A stretch of 59,266 nucleotides of DNA, filler included, from Sphacelaria rigidula (GCA_964200075.2; 5 parts of 5 records of this genome joined end to end with filler, not necessarily neighbours in it); one strand, 5' to 3'; positions 37,326 to 49,173 are shown, counted from the first letter of the whole stretch. Notes: generated by a model from the letters alone, not told the origin. A program made the numbers and translations.

Positions 37326-37640
37326 AAACAATGTTTTTGTGAAATTGAGAGTCTAGGATGCGATTGAGAGTGAGGAACAGTCAATTAATTGATGGAATAC
37401 TTCCAGTTCAAAAGGCCTCTTCGAGCTTTATACGAGGCCCGATACGCCTTCTGTAGCAGGTTGTCACTGAAGCCTTCGATATCCTCGAGTAGGATATCAA
37501 TGTGTAGCTGTAGGCACTCGACAGTGTGACAGGTGAAGACGAGCACACACAAAGCGAAAAAGCGGTCAAGCTAGAGAATAATAAAACTCACTCTCAATCA
37601 ACGCTAGGCTCTCTCTCAATCTCATGGAAAATATGTTGAA
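37326..37640. mobile_element. Diverged inverted copy of the 36684-36989 MITE
   Basis: AAACAATGTTTTTGTGAAATTGAGAGT...CTCTCAATCTCATGGAAA, with internal CCTTCGATATCC...GAGTAGGATATCAA. Confidence 0.7.
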
Positions 37641-38256
37641 AGCGAAAGTATCCCATGAGGACCGGTTCAGAAAGACAGAGAGGTGAACAGGACACGTGTA
37701 ACGCCGGTCATGTCCTGTTCGTTTTCCGCTGTCTCAGACAAAACGAATATATATTTGATTGTTTAGGCACACAGCGTACCTTCTGTAACCAATGTCAAAG
37801 TTTCTTCACTAGTATCCTCGTCGGAGTTTCCGATGTTGAAACTGCGCCACGAATGGCGGAAGGGGAAGTCTGACATTATTATCTTTCCTCTTTTTGCGCG
37901 CAAAACTGGCCCGCACCTTATCTTTCGAGTCCGAACCCTTTGGCTCACTAATGCCACGGGAAAATAATTTTTTTATCTGAGGTGAATCTAGTTGTTATTT
38001 CTAGCAAAAATACAACAAAAAGTACAAGGTAAGAAGAACTACGAATTCGACGGAACGGTACGACACGAACGCACCGACATTTTGCACTTCCAACCATGAT
38101 CCGCAATATACTCAAACAGGGGAACCTCGGGTGACGAAAGCCATCGCACGTAACAGACACGCAAGTATAAAGCCCAGTCATAGTCCTGCAGCTACCAACA
38201 CCCATCTCAAAACGTTGTAACGAACCACAGCTTCCCAGACCACCCGTCGCGCGGGG

Positions 38257-41200
38257 CTATGGTTCAGTGCTCGTGGTACCGTAAAATTCGGGGGAGACAT
38301 CGCGAGACCCCTGGGAACTGCCATCGCCCTCTGTTCGCCACAACTCCTCCTGCCCGAGCCTTACAAGTACCAAAGCCACGCGCCGTGCCACCTTCGCGAG
38401 AGATCGCACCACTTGCAAAGCATGACTGGGCGCCTTGACAAGCCCCTCCCTCCCTTCCAGCAGCAACGCGGTGAAGACGGAGTACACGGCAACGTACAGA
38501 GCAAAAAACGCAGCAGCCAGCAACACCCGCCTTGCCCCAGCAATCGCCCTCGCCTTCACTCGCTTTGCCAATCCCTTTTTAAGAGACAGCGCCACATCTG
38601 CTGCACCTGGCGAGGCCACCTGTCCCTCCGCCCCACGCCGCTGGCCAAGACCTGTAGTCCTGCTCTGTAGCGGAGGAACGTGAGGTCGAGAAAATAATCG
38701 TCTCAGTCCTGCGATGGAGTGCGTCTGTACGAAAACAAAACCGGGGCCCTTGAAGTCGGTAATGTCACAGGGACCAAGACCGGCACCCGCGTTGCTGTTC
38801 GCGCCCCCGCCTTTGCTTCTACCGGCGGCAGGAGAAACTGAGGAAGTGACGCCACTCGTCCATCCCACTACACGCGATGAGTCTATCGCTCGCCGTTGAC
38901 CGCTTTTCAATCGCAGGCGTTTCAGTTGCCCACACCCAGCGATAGCTACCGGTCCATCTCCCGTGCATATTGATAGTGACCCTCCGCCAATAAATCTGCT
39001 TGCGGCGGCAACGCTCTGCGACCGGCTTGTTGCCATCGTGCCCGGTTCTTGGCCCGACTTCCCGCTGCCGCCGCCACCACCGCCACCTGGGCTGCGCAAC
39101 CGCGACACCGTAACGCCGGGTCCTATAGCCAATAATGCCTGCGACACGACAATCAAGCTTTCAGCCCTCCCGCCGCCAGCTCGTGTCACCGCCGATTGCC
39201 CTTTCCTCCTACCGCCCCGTTTCCGCGATGGGCGCGTTGCCGACGCCTTCGGCGGATGCTGGGGCCGGTCCTTTTCTTTGGATGACGAGCCGTTCACCGA
39301 GTTTTGTCGCCGTCGTTCGATGTCGGACGGGGTGGTACTACTAGCGCTGGCCACGACCGGAAATAGCGCAATGTCTCCTGGAAATGGTGGGGCTAGCAGG
39401 CAATCTGTGGCGTCTGCGGGCATACGGTTGGATATTTTTCGGAGCGGATAGCGGTGTTCGTCGTTATCGTCCTCGCTGCATGAGTCCCTCAGTTTTCGTT
39501 TCAGTTCGTGGAGAATGCCGCGCCTCGTCTTCGGAAGTATCGGAGAGTCGATGGACAGACCCATACCTCGGCTGACGATGCAGCGCGGGTCCGCCAGGAT
39601 GTGATCCCCTGCCTGGGTGTTTTCGTCATGGGGGCGCGAAACATGTGCACATGCTGAAATTTGGACAACAACAATACACGAGAAAATCATAGTTCAGTAT
39701 CGGCCCGGCTAACGCAGCGCATGAGGGAGGCGAAACATTCGCGTGATGCATGTGTACCTATGATGAGGGATACGTGATGGCGTACATCCGCCTGTATGTA
39801 GTGAGAACAGTGACTGACTGGGTTGGCCCTTTACCTCAGCGGCGCCACGCAGACAACATGCCCGACGAAAAGCGGCGCCGCGGTAGTAGCACAATGTAAA
39901 CGCGCACTGGTCAAAAACCATTGCACGAGAGCCGCAGGAGCGAGGGGCGATACAGTGCCGAATAAGCTTCTACTGCACTACTCCTTGTGTTGTGTCCGCA
40001 TTCCTCCCTCCCGCGTATTGTTTTTCGAGTCGCTATCAATAGCGGTCATGTGATTGAGCTCTCGTAAGATTTTCCTCAATGCGGGCATCGTCTTCATTTT
40101 ACCCGCCAGTTGCTTAACCGGTCGCTCCCGTGGCAAAGTTGGTACCCTCCAAACGTTCTGACGTTCGGGACGTGGGTCCAAATCTCGGTGAAGTCACACG
40201 ATCTGGGATATTTTCTCACATCATGCCGAACAGTGGAGAACGTCAATGTCGTGGGTATACGCGTAATTCGACTTGATGGTCGACAAGGGAAAGGGATCCC
40301 TGAACCCTTCTCATAATAACGAAGGCTAGCACCGCAGAAGGAAGGTCAGGTATTTGAACAAAGTAAAATATATTAAAAATCTCATGCGAGACCTTCCTCC
40401 TGTGTGACCCCGGCTGCCAAGCCGACATATACCGAAAGATGTAGAATGGAGTTCAGAATAGAGGGGATGACGACACACAACACAAACACTATTTGTAACG
40501 TCGGCGCATGCTACAAAAGAATCGCATAGACGTCATGCTTTCACGCTTGCTATTTACTTACACTTTCCGTACGTGGAGCAACCCGTGCAATGCCGTGTAG
40601 GCGACGAACTCTCGAGAACGGGCTATGCAGATGTAGATGGACGCTTAATGGGCATGAGCGTTCAGCGCGGACCACACTAAACTGCGAAATCAACGTCCAG
40701 CCAACGGGCGTACAATAGTTTTTTGCCGCGTTTGAGGGCGCGGGTGCATGTCTTGACACTCCGTGATCATTCAAGGGCGCGTGCTGGAATCTTATTCTTA
40801 CTTTATGCGTGACTTCATGTCCTGCTGGTGCAATATCGCTGCTGTCCCTGTACTAAAACGATCAATGTGCCACTGATTGGTTTTCATGTCAAAATCTCAT
40901 CAGCCCTTCTTTTCAGACCTGCGGTCTATGAGACGACACATCCCGGGCAACCTCACACAAAAGACATCATTTCTCTGGTGGAGAGTATCTCACTACAGTG
41001 GCGAGCCGAAGGCGTTACTTTCCCCGGCCTGAAGAAATACATCATCCCGTCGAAAAAAGCTTGAATGGAGAAAAACCCGGGCAACGGCAAACCAGCGAGG
41101 CAACCATGGAGTCACCAGAAATAAGTAGTAATGCACACATCTAAAACATACGAGATGCATAGACGCAGATAGATCAAAGAAGGAAACAGAGAGAGGAAGA

Positions 41201-43034
41201 AATACGAGAAAATGATGGGAAAACGAGCCTTACCACGAAAAAAAAAAGAAAACCAAGACGAACAGGTCGTAACCTATGCCCGATAAATGATGTAAGTACT
41301 GCATGCAGTATATGAGTGTCGAGGACCTCTTGTGTGCGGACGTTCTCTCCGCACACAAACATGCTCAAAAGAACAGAATTGAACGAACAGCCTTGGCGCT
41401 GAAGGGGTCAACCCTCCCACTCCGTACATGCCGAGAGTTTCACTGCAACAGATCTCGAGCAATACAGTACAATTTCGTGTATTCCAGTCAAGAGCGGTTC
41501 TACGGTAGGGGAGCAATGCTACGGTAGGTGTGCACTTTTTTCACGAAATTTTGTCTGGTTCAGAGGGGCTCCTAACGATTCTAGACGCAAAAGAATATGG
41601 GTCAGGGCATCCCCGTTTGCCGATCCATTCGGGATATCCCCAGCACATTGCAATCAATAGTAATCCTGGCGTACTCTCGCATATTTTCATGTCGTGCTTT
41701 GGACGAGATGAAGGGCTCCTAACAACTCTAGCCTCAGAAAATATTTATGTACCCCTACCGTAGCATGACCCCTGGATGCACAAATATATTCCGAGACTTT
41801 GAATTGTTAGGAGCCCTCCATCTCATGCAAAAATCGACTTATGAATTATGTGAGAGCACGCCACGATTAGCATTCGAATGGGCTACGAAGAGGTGTCCCG
41901 AATGGATTTGAAAACGGGATGTCCTGACCCATACTGTTGGGTAGCTCCTAACTTCAGGAGCCCCTGAGTGACAAAGATTTGGGCCCAAATGTGCAATCCC
42001 TACCGTAGCATGACTCTCAATTCAACGACGTTAATATTTGTCGTGAATGGACTCCATGTTTTATTTTTATTTGTCGCACTTTGAACCCTTCCCCTTCCCG
42101 GGGACGAGTCCACGGTCTCAAGGGATCAACCTACCTCTCTCCCCGGTTCAAAAGGCTCAGCAATCTAAAAGCTCAGCAATCAAACGTCTATGAAGAAAAC
42201 GCAGACTACTGCTATCATCTGCTCGATCACTTCACCACCAGGATGGGCCACACGACTTTCTCATAATTTCTTTGAGGGAATCGATGCCGAGAAAAAAAAT
42301 ACGACCCACCCTGGCGGTCAGAGAACTCAAAGGCACAGACCATACGGCAGAGCGAGTGAAGATGAGAGACATGGAGAACAAACGGTCTAGTGCACTAGCC
42401 ACCCACAGCCCTTGTCGCGACGCGAAACGACGCATCCCTCTCCGGAACTACCCAGGAACCAGTTTTCCTGGAATTCTTCAGTAACGTGGGTCAACTGCAG
42501 CCGGTGATACGGTGTAACACCCCCCGTCATGATCTTGCAAACATCGATTTCCTGCAGTGCAAGACTCTCAACTCTTGAAATCTCCCCTTGATCAACGCTT
42601 CGTCATGATTTGTTACAGCGGCACAAGTTTCGGTGCCATGATCGTCTCATTTTTTCAGAGTACTTGTGCATTTGGGTTGAAAGAGAAGGAATAGTGAAGG
42701 CAGGTGTTATACTCCGTATACAGTACTAAAAAAGCGACTAGATACTTTCATCGTTGAGCCACATGACCATCAAGATGCTGTACGTTCTATCACTTCTATG
42801 TAAACCATTACGTTCCTGCCCTGCATAAACCACCCGCACTGCTCAACCTCACATTCCACACACCTTGAACGTGACCTGGAGGCAACCCGATCCTTCAGCA
42901 GTGTCCAACTCCAATGCCACTGATGATGAAGAACTGACTACGAATAGCAATACCACCACCATGATATTGTAACGCCATTCTACTCTCGTCGATCCACGTA
43001 TGAGACACAGCAATAACGGAGCTTGCCTCTTCAT
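38257..43034 (-). CDS. AIM24-domain protein, two predicted exons
   Basis: Exon 39612-38257 (CAG acceptor) has AGDHILADP, GDIALFP, LLAIGPGVTV, CTGDGPVAIAGCGQLKRLRLKSGQRRAIDSSRVVGW and FKGPGFVFVQT. Exon 43034-42864 (or ATG 42962) ends GSGCLQVTFK at a phase-0 GT and supplies the expected first strand. Extra small exons cannot be excluded. Confidence 0.75.
40245..40482 (+). mobile_element. SINE family B, 3' part
   Basis: CCTCCTGTGTGACCCCGGCTG...CAGAATAGAGGGGATGAC is the reverse complement of the left part of 45031-45386. Confidence 0.65.
41491..42019. mobile_element. Nested pair of MITEs (TACGGTAGG/CCTACCGTAGCAT TIRs)
   Basis: Two left ends (41500, 41517) and two right ends (41766, 42011). The inner copy (~41510-41772) is in the opposite orientation to the outer one. 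Confidence 0.65.
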
Positions 43035-43240
43035 GGTCTAGGTTCGTGGTGCCTCGTAGATCATGAGGCTACGCTGCAAATGGTGGTGATATTCGAGTCA
43101 CCAGTCAGACCCGTAGTCATACTGGCTGGATCGTTTCCCCTACTTTGGAATATGACTCTGGTTGTGCTAGTTCCATTTTTGTTCTGCCAACGCAGCTCAT
43201 ACCCCAGAGTATCCTTGACTTGGACGACCCAGTGCACACA

Positions 43241-43443
43241 ATGGAGGCTCTCCGTGAGATGCCGCAGACAACGCTCATCGCTGGTGGAGCCCTGGTGCTC
43301 TGCATTTTGGCAGCTCTAATTTCGGCGCTCAGAAGGGATCCGAAGGATGCCCCACCCCGGGTTAGCGTGGGCATGCCTCTGTTCGGCAACATCGCAGCGT
43401 TTATTCGCGGCCCTCTCAATTTGATCGATACGTGCTACAAGAC
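43241..43443 (+). CDS. CYP51: Cytochrome P450, probable sterol 14-alpha-demethylase; exon 1 only
   Basis: MEALREMPQTTLIAGGALVLCILAALISALRR (membrane anchor) followed by DAPPRVSVGMPLFGNIAAFIRGPLNLIDTCYK, resembling the CYP51 N-terminus. Phase-2 GTGAGT donor at 43444. Later exons were not found in this contig. Confidence 0.7.
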
Positions 43444-44439
43444 GTGAGTGTGCCGCTTGTTTGCTGTGCCATGCTGTACAGTGGATGAGCCATAAAGTGA
43501 TTTTTCGTGTTGCTGCTGTTGCAGGGCTGTCATTGATTGTTGCGTATTTTGGAATAGGCGTCGTCCATAAATTACAGGTGCTTTGAGCTTGCTTTGAGCT
43601 TTTGGTACTGCTTGCATTCGAGTTTATCTTGATTTTACTATGAAATTGGCACTTTCGAACAGAAAATCTCCCTTCATACAGCAGTATAACGTAAGTACAG
43701 ACAGCGCAGTCAGGAGTAAAAAAAACTCCGAACGCCCTCTGTACCTGTACTGCTGTCTGTGGCGCTGTCGCTCCCGTTCTCCTATCACCGATAGCTGATC
43801 GTGAGTGCCTAGGGTAACGGTGGGGTGAAGTATGCTTGAGTCTCAGGGAAGGTTGAGATCTCAGCTAACCACCATCTCGACAGTTTTTTTTCCAGGTTCT
43901 CCTTCGAGGCTCTGAAGGCAATATCATCACAGCGTGGATTTTTGCTGGACTGGAACATTTCAGTAGAGCTGAGGATTTGTACGTGAACAATGGTTGGTAC
44001 TCGATTTTTCTTGATTCTAGACTCAACAAAGTTCTGAGAAAATTCATGATCTGGGGCAGGTGAGCAGTGGACCCAGCTCGTCCATAACGTGTTTTGGTCC
44101 AAAATCGGCTGAAAGGCGTCGATTTGAGCTCTGGCAACGCACACTTTGCATAGGGAACACTCTGCACTCTCTTGCCCGAGGGTTCTCGGTGTGCCTTGGT
44201 CGGGGTTAGGGTTAGCGTTAGCGTTAGGGTTGGCGGCATCTCCATAGTACCAACAATTGTATACGTACAAATCCTCAGGTCGCCTCGAACACTTTGCGAT
44301 CCAACGAAGAAAATAACGCGACTGCTCGTACAACTTTGGTTGGAAACTGTGTGTACAGCATGCATCACCTGCATGGAGTCTTGCTGAAGTCTCCGACACC
44401 ATAGGCTGCCAGGTTTTGAAAACTGACGCTTGCCGATAG

Positions 44440-44665
44440 TCGTGGGTACACAAAATCCGACTCGACGCTCGACGAGGGAAAGGGACTGCTGAACCCTTCT
44501 CGCGATAAAGAGTAAAGGCAAGCACCGCAAAAGGAAGGTGGAGAACTAGAACAAATAAAACAGGGAAGACTCCTGTGTTCGCGTGTTCACCTTATTCCTC
44601 CTGTGTGACCCCGGCTGAATTCCAAGAGGTGTAGACCGACGTCCAGAATAGAGGGGATGACAGCA
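44440..44665 (+). mobile_element. SINE family B, 3' part
   Basis: Reverse complement of 45031-45265 (CGACGAGGGAAAGGGAC, CCTCCTGTGTG). Confidence 0.7.
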
Positions 44666-45030
44666 CTTCAATTGAAACGGAAGGATCGCAATATCTGAAG
44701 TGATATTTTCAGATTTACAGATGGTCTATATATCCACATTATTCCACTATATATCCACATTATTCCACTCCGTTGAGCTGAATTTTATTTTTCGAAGAGG
44801 GGCCATTGCCGCCGCCGTTGGTTTGGACGTGAAGCCGCCTTTCGGAACAATATATCCGGCCTCTTCGTTTATTCGTTCCTCGTGAAGCCACCGACATAGC
44901 ATTGTAAAATGTTCTCCTTGTGGGCTACGATGCACGAGATTCCAACGCCGGCATCATGTTTCTTCTGATCGGTAAGACTCACTCTAGTTCATGTGGTGGT
45001 ATCCTGGTTGCCGCTGGAGTCAATAATTGA

Positions 45031-45386
45031 GTGTGTATTGTCATCCCCTTTATTTTGGACTCCGGTCTACATCTTTCGGTATATGTGGGCACATCAGCCG
45101 GGGCCACACAGGAGGGTGGTCAACACAGTAGCTTTTTCTTTTTTGTTTGTTTTTAGTACCCACCCTCCCTTCTGCAATGCTTGCCTTTATTTTTTATCGC
45201 GAGAGGGGTTCGGCGGTCCCTTTCCCTCGTCGACCGTCGAGTCGAATTTTGTGAACCCACGACATGGTCGCTCTCCACTGGTGGGCATGGTGTGAGAAAA
45301 AATCACAGATCGCTCCGAGATTTGAACCCACGACCCAACCATCAGAAGGTGTCGAGGTTACCAACTGAGCCACCGGGGCGACCGGT
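45031..45386 (-). mobile_element. tRNA-derived SINE, family B, full length
   Basis: Minus-strand head CCGGTCGCCCCGGTGGCTCAGTTGG (A box)...GGGTTCAAATC (B box). Confidence 0.8.
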
Positions 45387-45603
45387 TTGAGTATATTGAA
45401 TTAAATTAAAATATTAAAATAACCAGCGAGAAGAAGGATTGGCTTTGGGAAAACCTGGTGGGGTGGGCCCCTGTCATTTGTGGTGCTGGTTGCTTCACTT
45501 CATTTTGTCGTTTCTCTGCTTCCTCCCGAAAAAGTCGAAAATCACTCCGTCTCGGCTTCCATTTCTGCATCCAATCCTCTTCGTCAACACATGACTACAG
45601 TCA

Positions 45604-45794
45604 GGCCGCGTCTTATCAAATTGTTTTCGACTCGAAAACGTACGGTGGAATCGAATTTGCTCTCACCTGATACGTCCACGGCATCCATGTCCTCAACCAT
45701 CTGAGAAAACAAATAGCGCGGGTGAATCAGAAACGAGGGAATTCGATCCGACCGCACGTTTTTGACACGAAAAACAATTTGATAAGACACGGCC
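45604..45794. mobile_element. PIF/Harbinger-like MITE
   Basis: TCA|GGCCGCGTCTTATCAAATTGTTTT...AAAACAATTTGATAAGACACGGCC|TTA. Confidence 0.8.
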
Positions 45795-46179
45795 TTACTC
45801 TTCGCTTGTTCACATTTTTTATAATAGGAGTTTCGGAAAATGTTTTTTCGATCTTGGAGTCAGAGTGGGAGGAAAAATAGCCGGTAACGGTGCACGCTTC
45901 CCTATGATTTTTTTTCAGACCGTGTTCAGAGTGGTGGTCCCGTCTTGACCTCTTCACTCCGGAAACCGATGTGCCTGTTCAACCTTCATAGCGGAACGAA
46001 AAAGAACCACTCCCACCTTAACCATTACGGCCATAGCCAGTCCAAAATCAATAAACCCTAACACGCAAAGTGGGGCATCCATTACAATTGCCATGCTCAT
46101 CGCAATCAGAGGACCTCCCTGACGCCGCCATGGTATCAGCATTCGCTTGGTTGCACACGCGGCCATTTGGCTACCTCCA

Positions 46180-46456
46180 AACTTCCTCCAGGTGGGTACA
46201 CTTTTCGAGCCTCCAGGGGAATTAAACGACTCCGGAGGGGTGCGCGGCCCTCCAGAGGAAATGTTTTGGTTCCCTCCAGACGGGTTGAACGCCTCCGGAG
46301 GCTTAGTCTTGCCTGCGGAGGGCCGCGCATATCCCCAAATTTCTCCGGAGGGGTGAGCGGCCCTCCGGGTCGGTAGAGTTTGGTCTTCTCTAGAGGGGTA
46401 GAAGGCCTCCGGAGGCTTGTTTTCCCCTTGGAGGGCCGCGCATCCGTCCGGAGGCA
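46180..46456. repeat. CCTCCGGAGG-rich repeated units
   Basis: Several CTCCGGAGG and GGAGGGCCGCGCA motifs recurring at ~120-nt intervals. Confidence 0.6.
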
Positions 46457-46949
46457 TTTTGGGGTATAGCCGAATGGCCGCGTGTGCACTTCAGGAGACA
46501 CGGCCGCGCAAGCGCGGTTAGTGCTTTTACGTGCTGAAACTTCGACCGCATGCCATGTAGACTACAGACAACAACCCCATATTTTGCTGAATCTGGGGTT
46601 GCGCGGTGTGTGCGTGCGTATTGGGGCAAAAGATGTCGGATTCTGTTCCGAATGTTTATTCTTTTTTATTTTGGCGTAAGACTGGTTGAGGGTACCATAT
46701 GCGGCGGAATTAACAAAAAACGGCTAAACTTGGATTTTCGGTTACAGTCGGTTGTGCCGCGTGTTGCTGCGCAAGCTGCGATCGTACAACAACGCATGTC
46801 GCACTGGGCGCGCAGTATCCAACATGTCACGCAAACGAGGCCTCCAGCCCGCCAAGGCCTCTGGTAGTAGTGTGCCAACCAACGAGCAGTTCGTGAAGGC
46901 CTCTGAGCCGAGAGTAGAAGAAGACGAGTCAAGTGGGAGGTGTTGCAGG

Positions 46950-47225
46950 TTAAGGGCAACGCACGGTTAAGGGCAACTTTTTGCTTAAGGGCAAGCGGCC
47001 CGGATTAAGGGCGAGCACCCCTGACTATGGGGAAGCGCCCCTGGTTAGGGGGGAACGGCCCGGATTAAGGGCAAGCGCCCCTGGCAATGGGGAAGCGCAC
47101 CTGGGTAAGGGGAAGCGCCCCTGGCAATGGGAAAGCGCACCTGGGTAGGGGGAAGCGCACCCGGGGAAGGGGAAGCGCATCTGGGTAGGGGGGAGCGCAT
47201 CTGGATACGGGCAAGCGCCCCTGAA
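46950..47225 (+). repeat. ~19-bp minisatellite
   Basis: Units such as GGGGAAGCGCMCCTGGGTA and GGGCAAGCGCCCCTGGCAAT, repeated more than 10 times. Confidence 0.85.
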
Positions 47226-47382
47226 TATTGGCATCTGCCCCTAGCGACGGAGAAGCGATACACGCATCGTCCTCATATTTCCGAATCAGCCGAAGAATGC
47301 CAAACTGTCTAGGGCGTGCTAAGTGTAATGCGTGAGAGGACCGCGTGCTTAGAGGACCGCATCGGAATTTGAATATCCCTAT

Positions 47383-47394
47383 GGTTAGGGTTAG
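47383..47394 (+). repeat. Telomere-like TTAGGG repeat at the contig end
   Basis: GGTTAGGGTTAG runs into the gap. A related tract GGGTTAGGGTTAGCGTTAGCGTTAGGGTT lies at ~44202-44231. Confidence 0.5.
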
Positions 47395-47494
47395 NNNNNN
47401 NNNNNNNNNNNNNNNNNNNNNNNNNNNNNNNNNNNNNNTTAATTAATTAANNNNNNNNNNNNNNNNNNNNNNNNNNNNNNNNNNNNNNNNNNNN
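47395..47494. other. Artificial contig spacer
   Basis: N44-TTAATTAATTAA-N44. Confidence 0.98.
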
Positions 47495-47699
47495 GGCCCA
47501 ACTCGTCTGTGTCGATGAGATTTTGCTTTTAGAGCTTCAATCCGTTTTTAGGCTGGCCCAGCTCGTAGAAGCAACAGAAGACAATGTGGACCGATGGACC
47601 AACCGAAGAAGACTCAAACAAATCGCCAACATGATTCAGTCGTCTTCGTGCCTTTCATCGTGGGAAAGCGAAAGCGATCGCCTTTCGCGCTGTTACAAG

Positions 47700-48150
47700 G
47701 CGATCTGCGAGAAATGATCTCGGGGCAATCCAGTACTCTCGTACGCTGAAGGTTATTCCTCGGACAAACGTGCATGCACTGCAGTTGAGGAAGGAGGACA
47801 GTTCGAGTTTCTCAGCTCAAGACCGCATGACCTTGAGAAGAGTTCACGCATGCTGGAGTTGCTGCAGTCAGAGAGTAATTCAAGTCTCTGCGACGATGCA
47901 AGTCCAAGTGCTGTCCTTCGGGGTGAACGCGTGCTTATATGCCGCCAACGGGGGACAACTCATGGCCCCACAGTGGTGTCGGCCTCAAGGTTGTCCCTGG
48001 TATGGACCGACAAGTCCACTTGCTGCCGAGGCAAGAGCCTGTGGTGCTGACCCGGTGCAAGGCCAACGGTTATTGTGGAGATCAGGACAGGTGCATTTTT
48101 TCCGCCTATTGCGGTCATCTGGAGGTACTCAAACACTGCAGAGCATACTG
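47700..48150 (+). pseudogene. Frameshifted GCPW-type ankyrin-repeat remnant
   Basis: Across frames: EGYSSDKRACTAVEEGGQFEFL; NACLYAANGGQLMAPQWCRPQGCPW; SAYCGHLEVLKHCRA. Confidence 0.65.
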
Positions 48151-48664
48151 CAGGACAGACTAAAAGACATACAACCCCAACGAGGACGGGGAGAGGGGCC
48201 ACCCCTGCTGAAGGAAGCCATCTACATTCGCTAAAATAGCACACATGAACCAACAAACGCCCCTATCGGGATTAACGAACGCTCTACGCTAATGGTGCCA
48301 AAGGGGGACATCTCGAGGTCCTGTGACGGTGCAATCTCAATGGGTGTCCTGGGGGCACGTGCCGACGTGCGCCAACGCCGCTGACGATAGGCACAGTTTC
48401 GTGTCATTTTTCTACGGAACAAAATGGCGGCGGCCCGCTAGTGGTGACCAACTGCCGGGGTACAGAACAAAGTTTACAAACAGCGCTTGCTCCGTGGAGC
48501 CAGGAAGAAAACTGGTCAGAAGCAACAGTCCGAGTCTTCACGACGTGCTGTCTTATTGCAAAAAGGTGGCCTCACAGCTTGGGCAGTCTCATTTCTTCAC
48601 CTTCTTTTGCTCCTGGAGAAAAGCGGTGTCGACAATACACAGGCGCGCACATTGGCGAAGATTG

Positions 48665-48667
<3 letters not shown>

Positions 48668-48698
<31 letters not shown>
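48668..48698 (+). repeat. (GT)n microsatellite
   Basis: Direct reading. Another tract at 57461-57505. Confidence 0.95.
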
Positions 48699-48702
<4 letters not shown>

Positions 48703-49173
48703 CGTCGTAGCGAAAGAAAACTCCAGAGCATCGACCTAGCGCCCCTTTGAGGCAAGGGCGAAGCGATACACCGATTCTACGAAACACGGGCCGCGCTTGA
48801 CAGCTGAAGTACAAGGTTGTTTATTCGAGTTTCTGGCACGAAAATCCAGCGAATTTCTTTCGACAAACAGCAGGTTCAGGGTCAGCTCGCCTATTTCTCG
48901 GCCCAACATCGTTTCTGAGTGGCGTAGAAGTTTCCATTTTACTGTTCGCGTGCAAACACTCCCAACTCAGATACAAGAAACGGGCCTGTCGCGGGTCCGC
49001 GCAAAGATCGCCTTCAGCAACCCTAGACAGAACTGGGTCTTGGCCGTCCAAGGACGGCTTTACCGTAGATCGTAATGTGTACTCGGCAACGCGACGGTGT
49101 TCCCGAAATTCTTGACAGATGCCACTGGTATAAAGAAAAGGGCGTGAAATGTAGCTGTCGCCAGAATACTTAC

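Noticed and set aside
38963..39451. 162-aa plus-strand ORF
   Set aside because: Antisense shadow of the GC-rich AIM24 exon.
43809..44530. Overlapping 238-aa and 221-aa minus-strand ORFs
   Set aside because: They run through SINE and telomere-like sequence and show no protein motifs.
45320..45386. tRNA gene
   Set aside because: The A/B boxes belong to a multi-copy SINE body.
45954..46501. Pro-rich ORFs
   Set aside because: Translations of the CCTCCGGAGG repeats.
48690..48745. Candidate last exon of GST-HINT
   Set aside because: In the required phase it reads GALGRCSG..., not the expected HINT GGRxxxWPPG ending.
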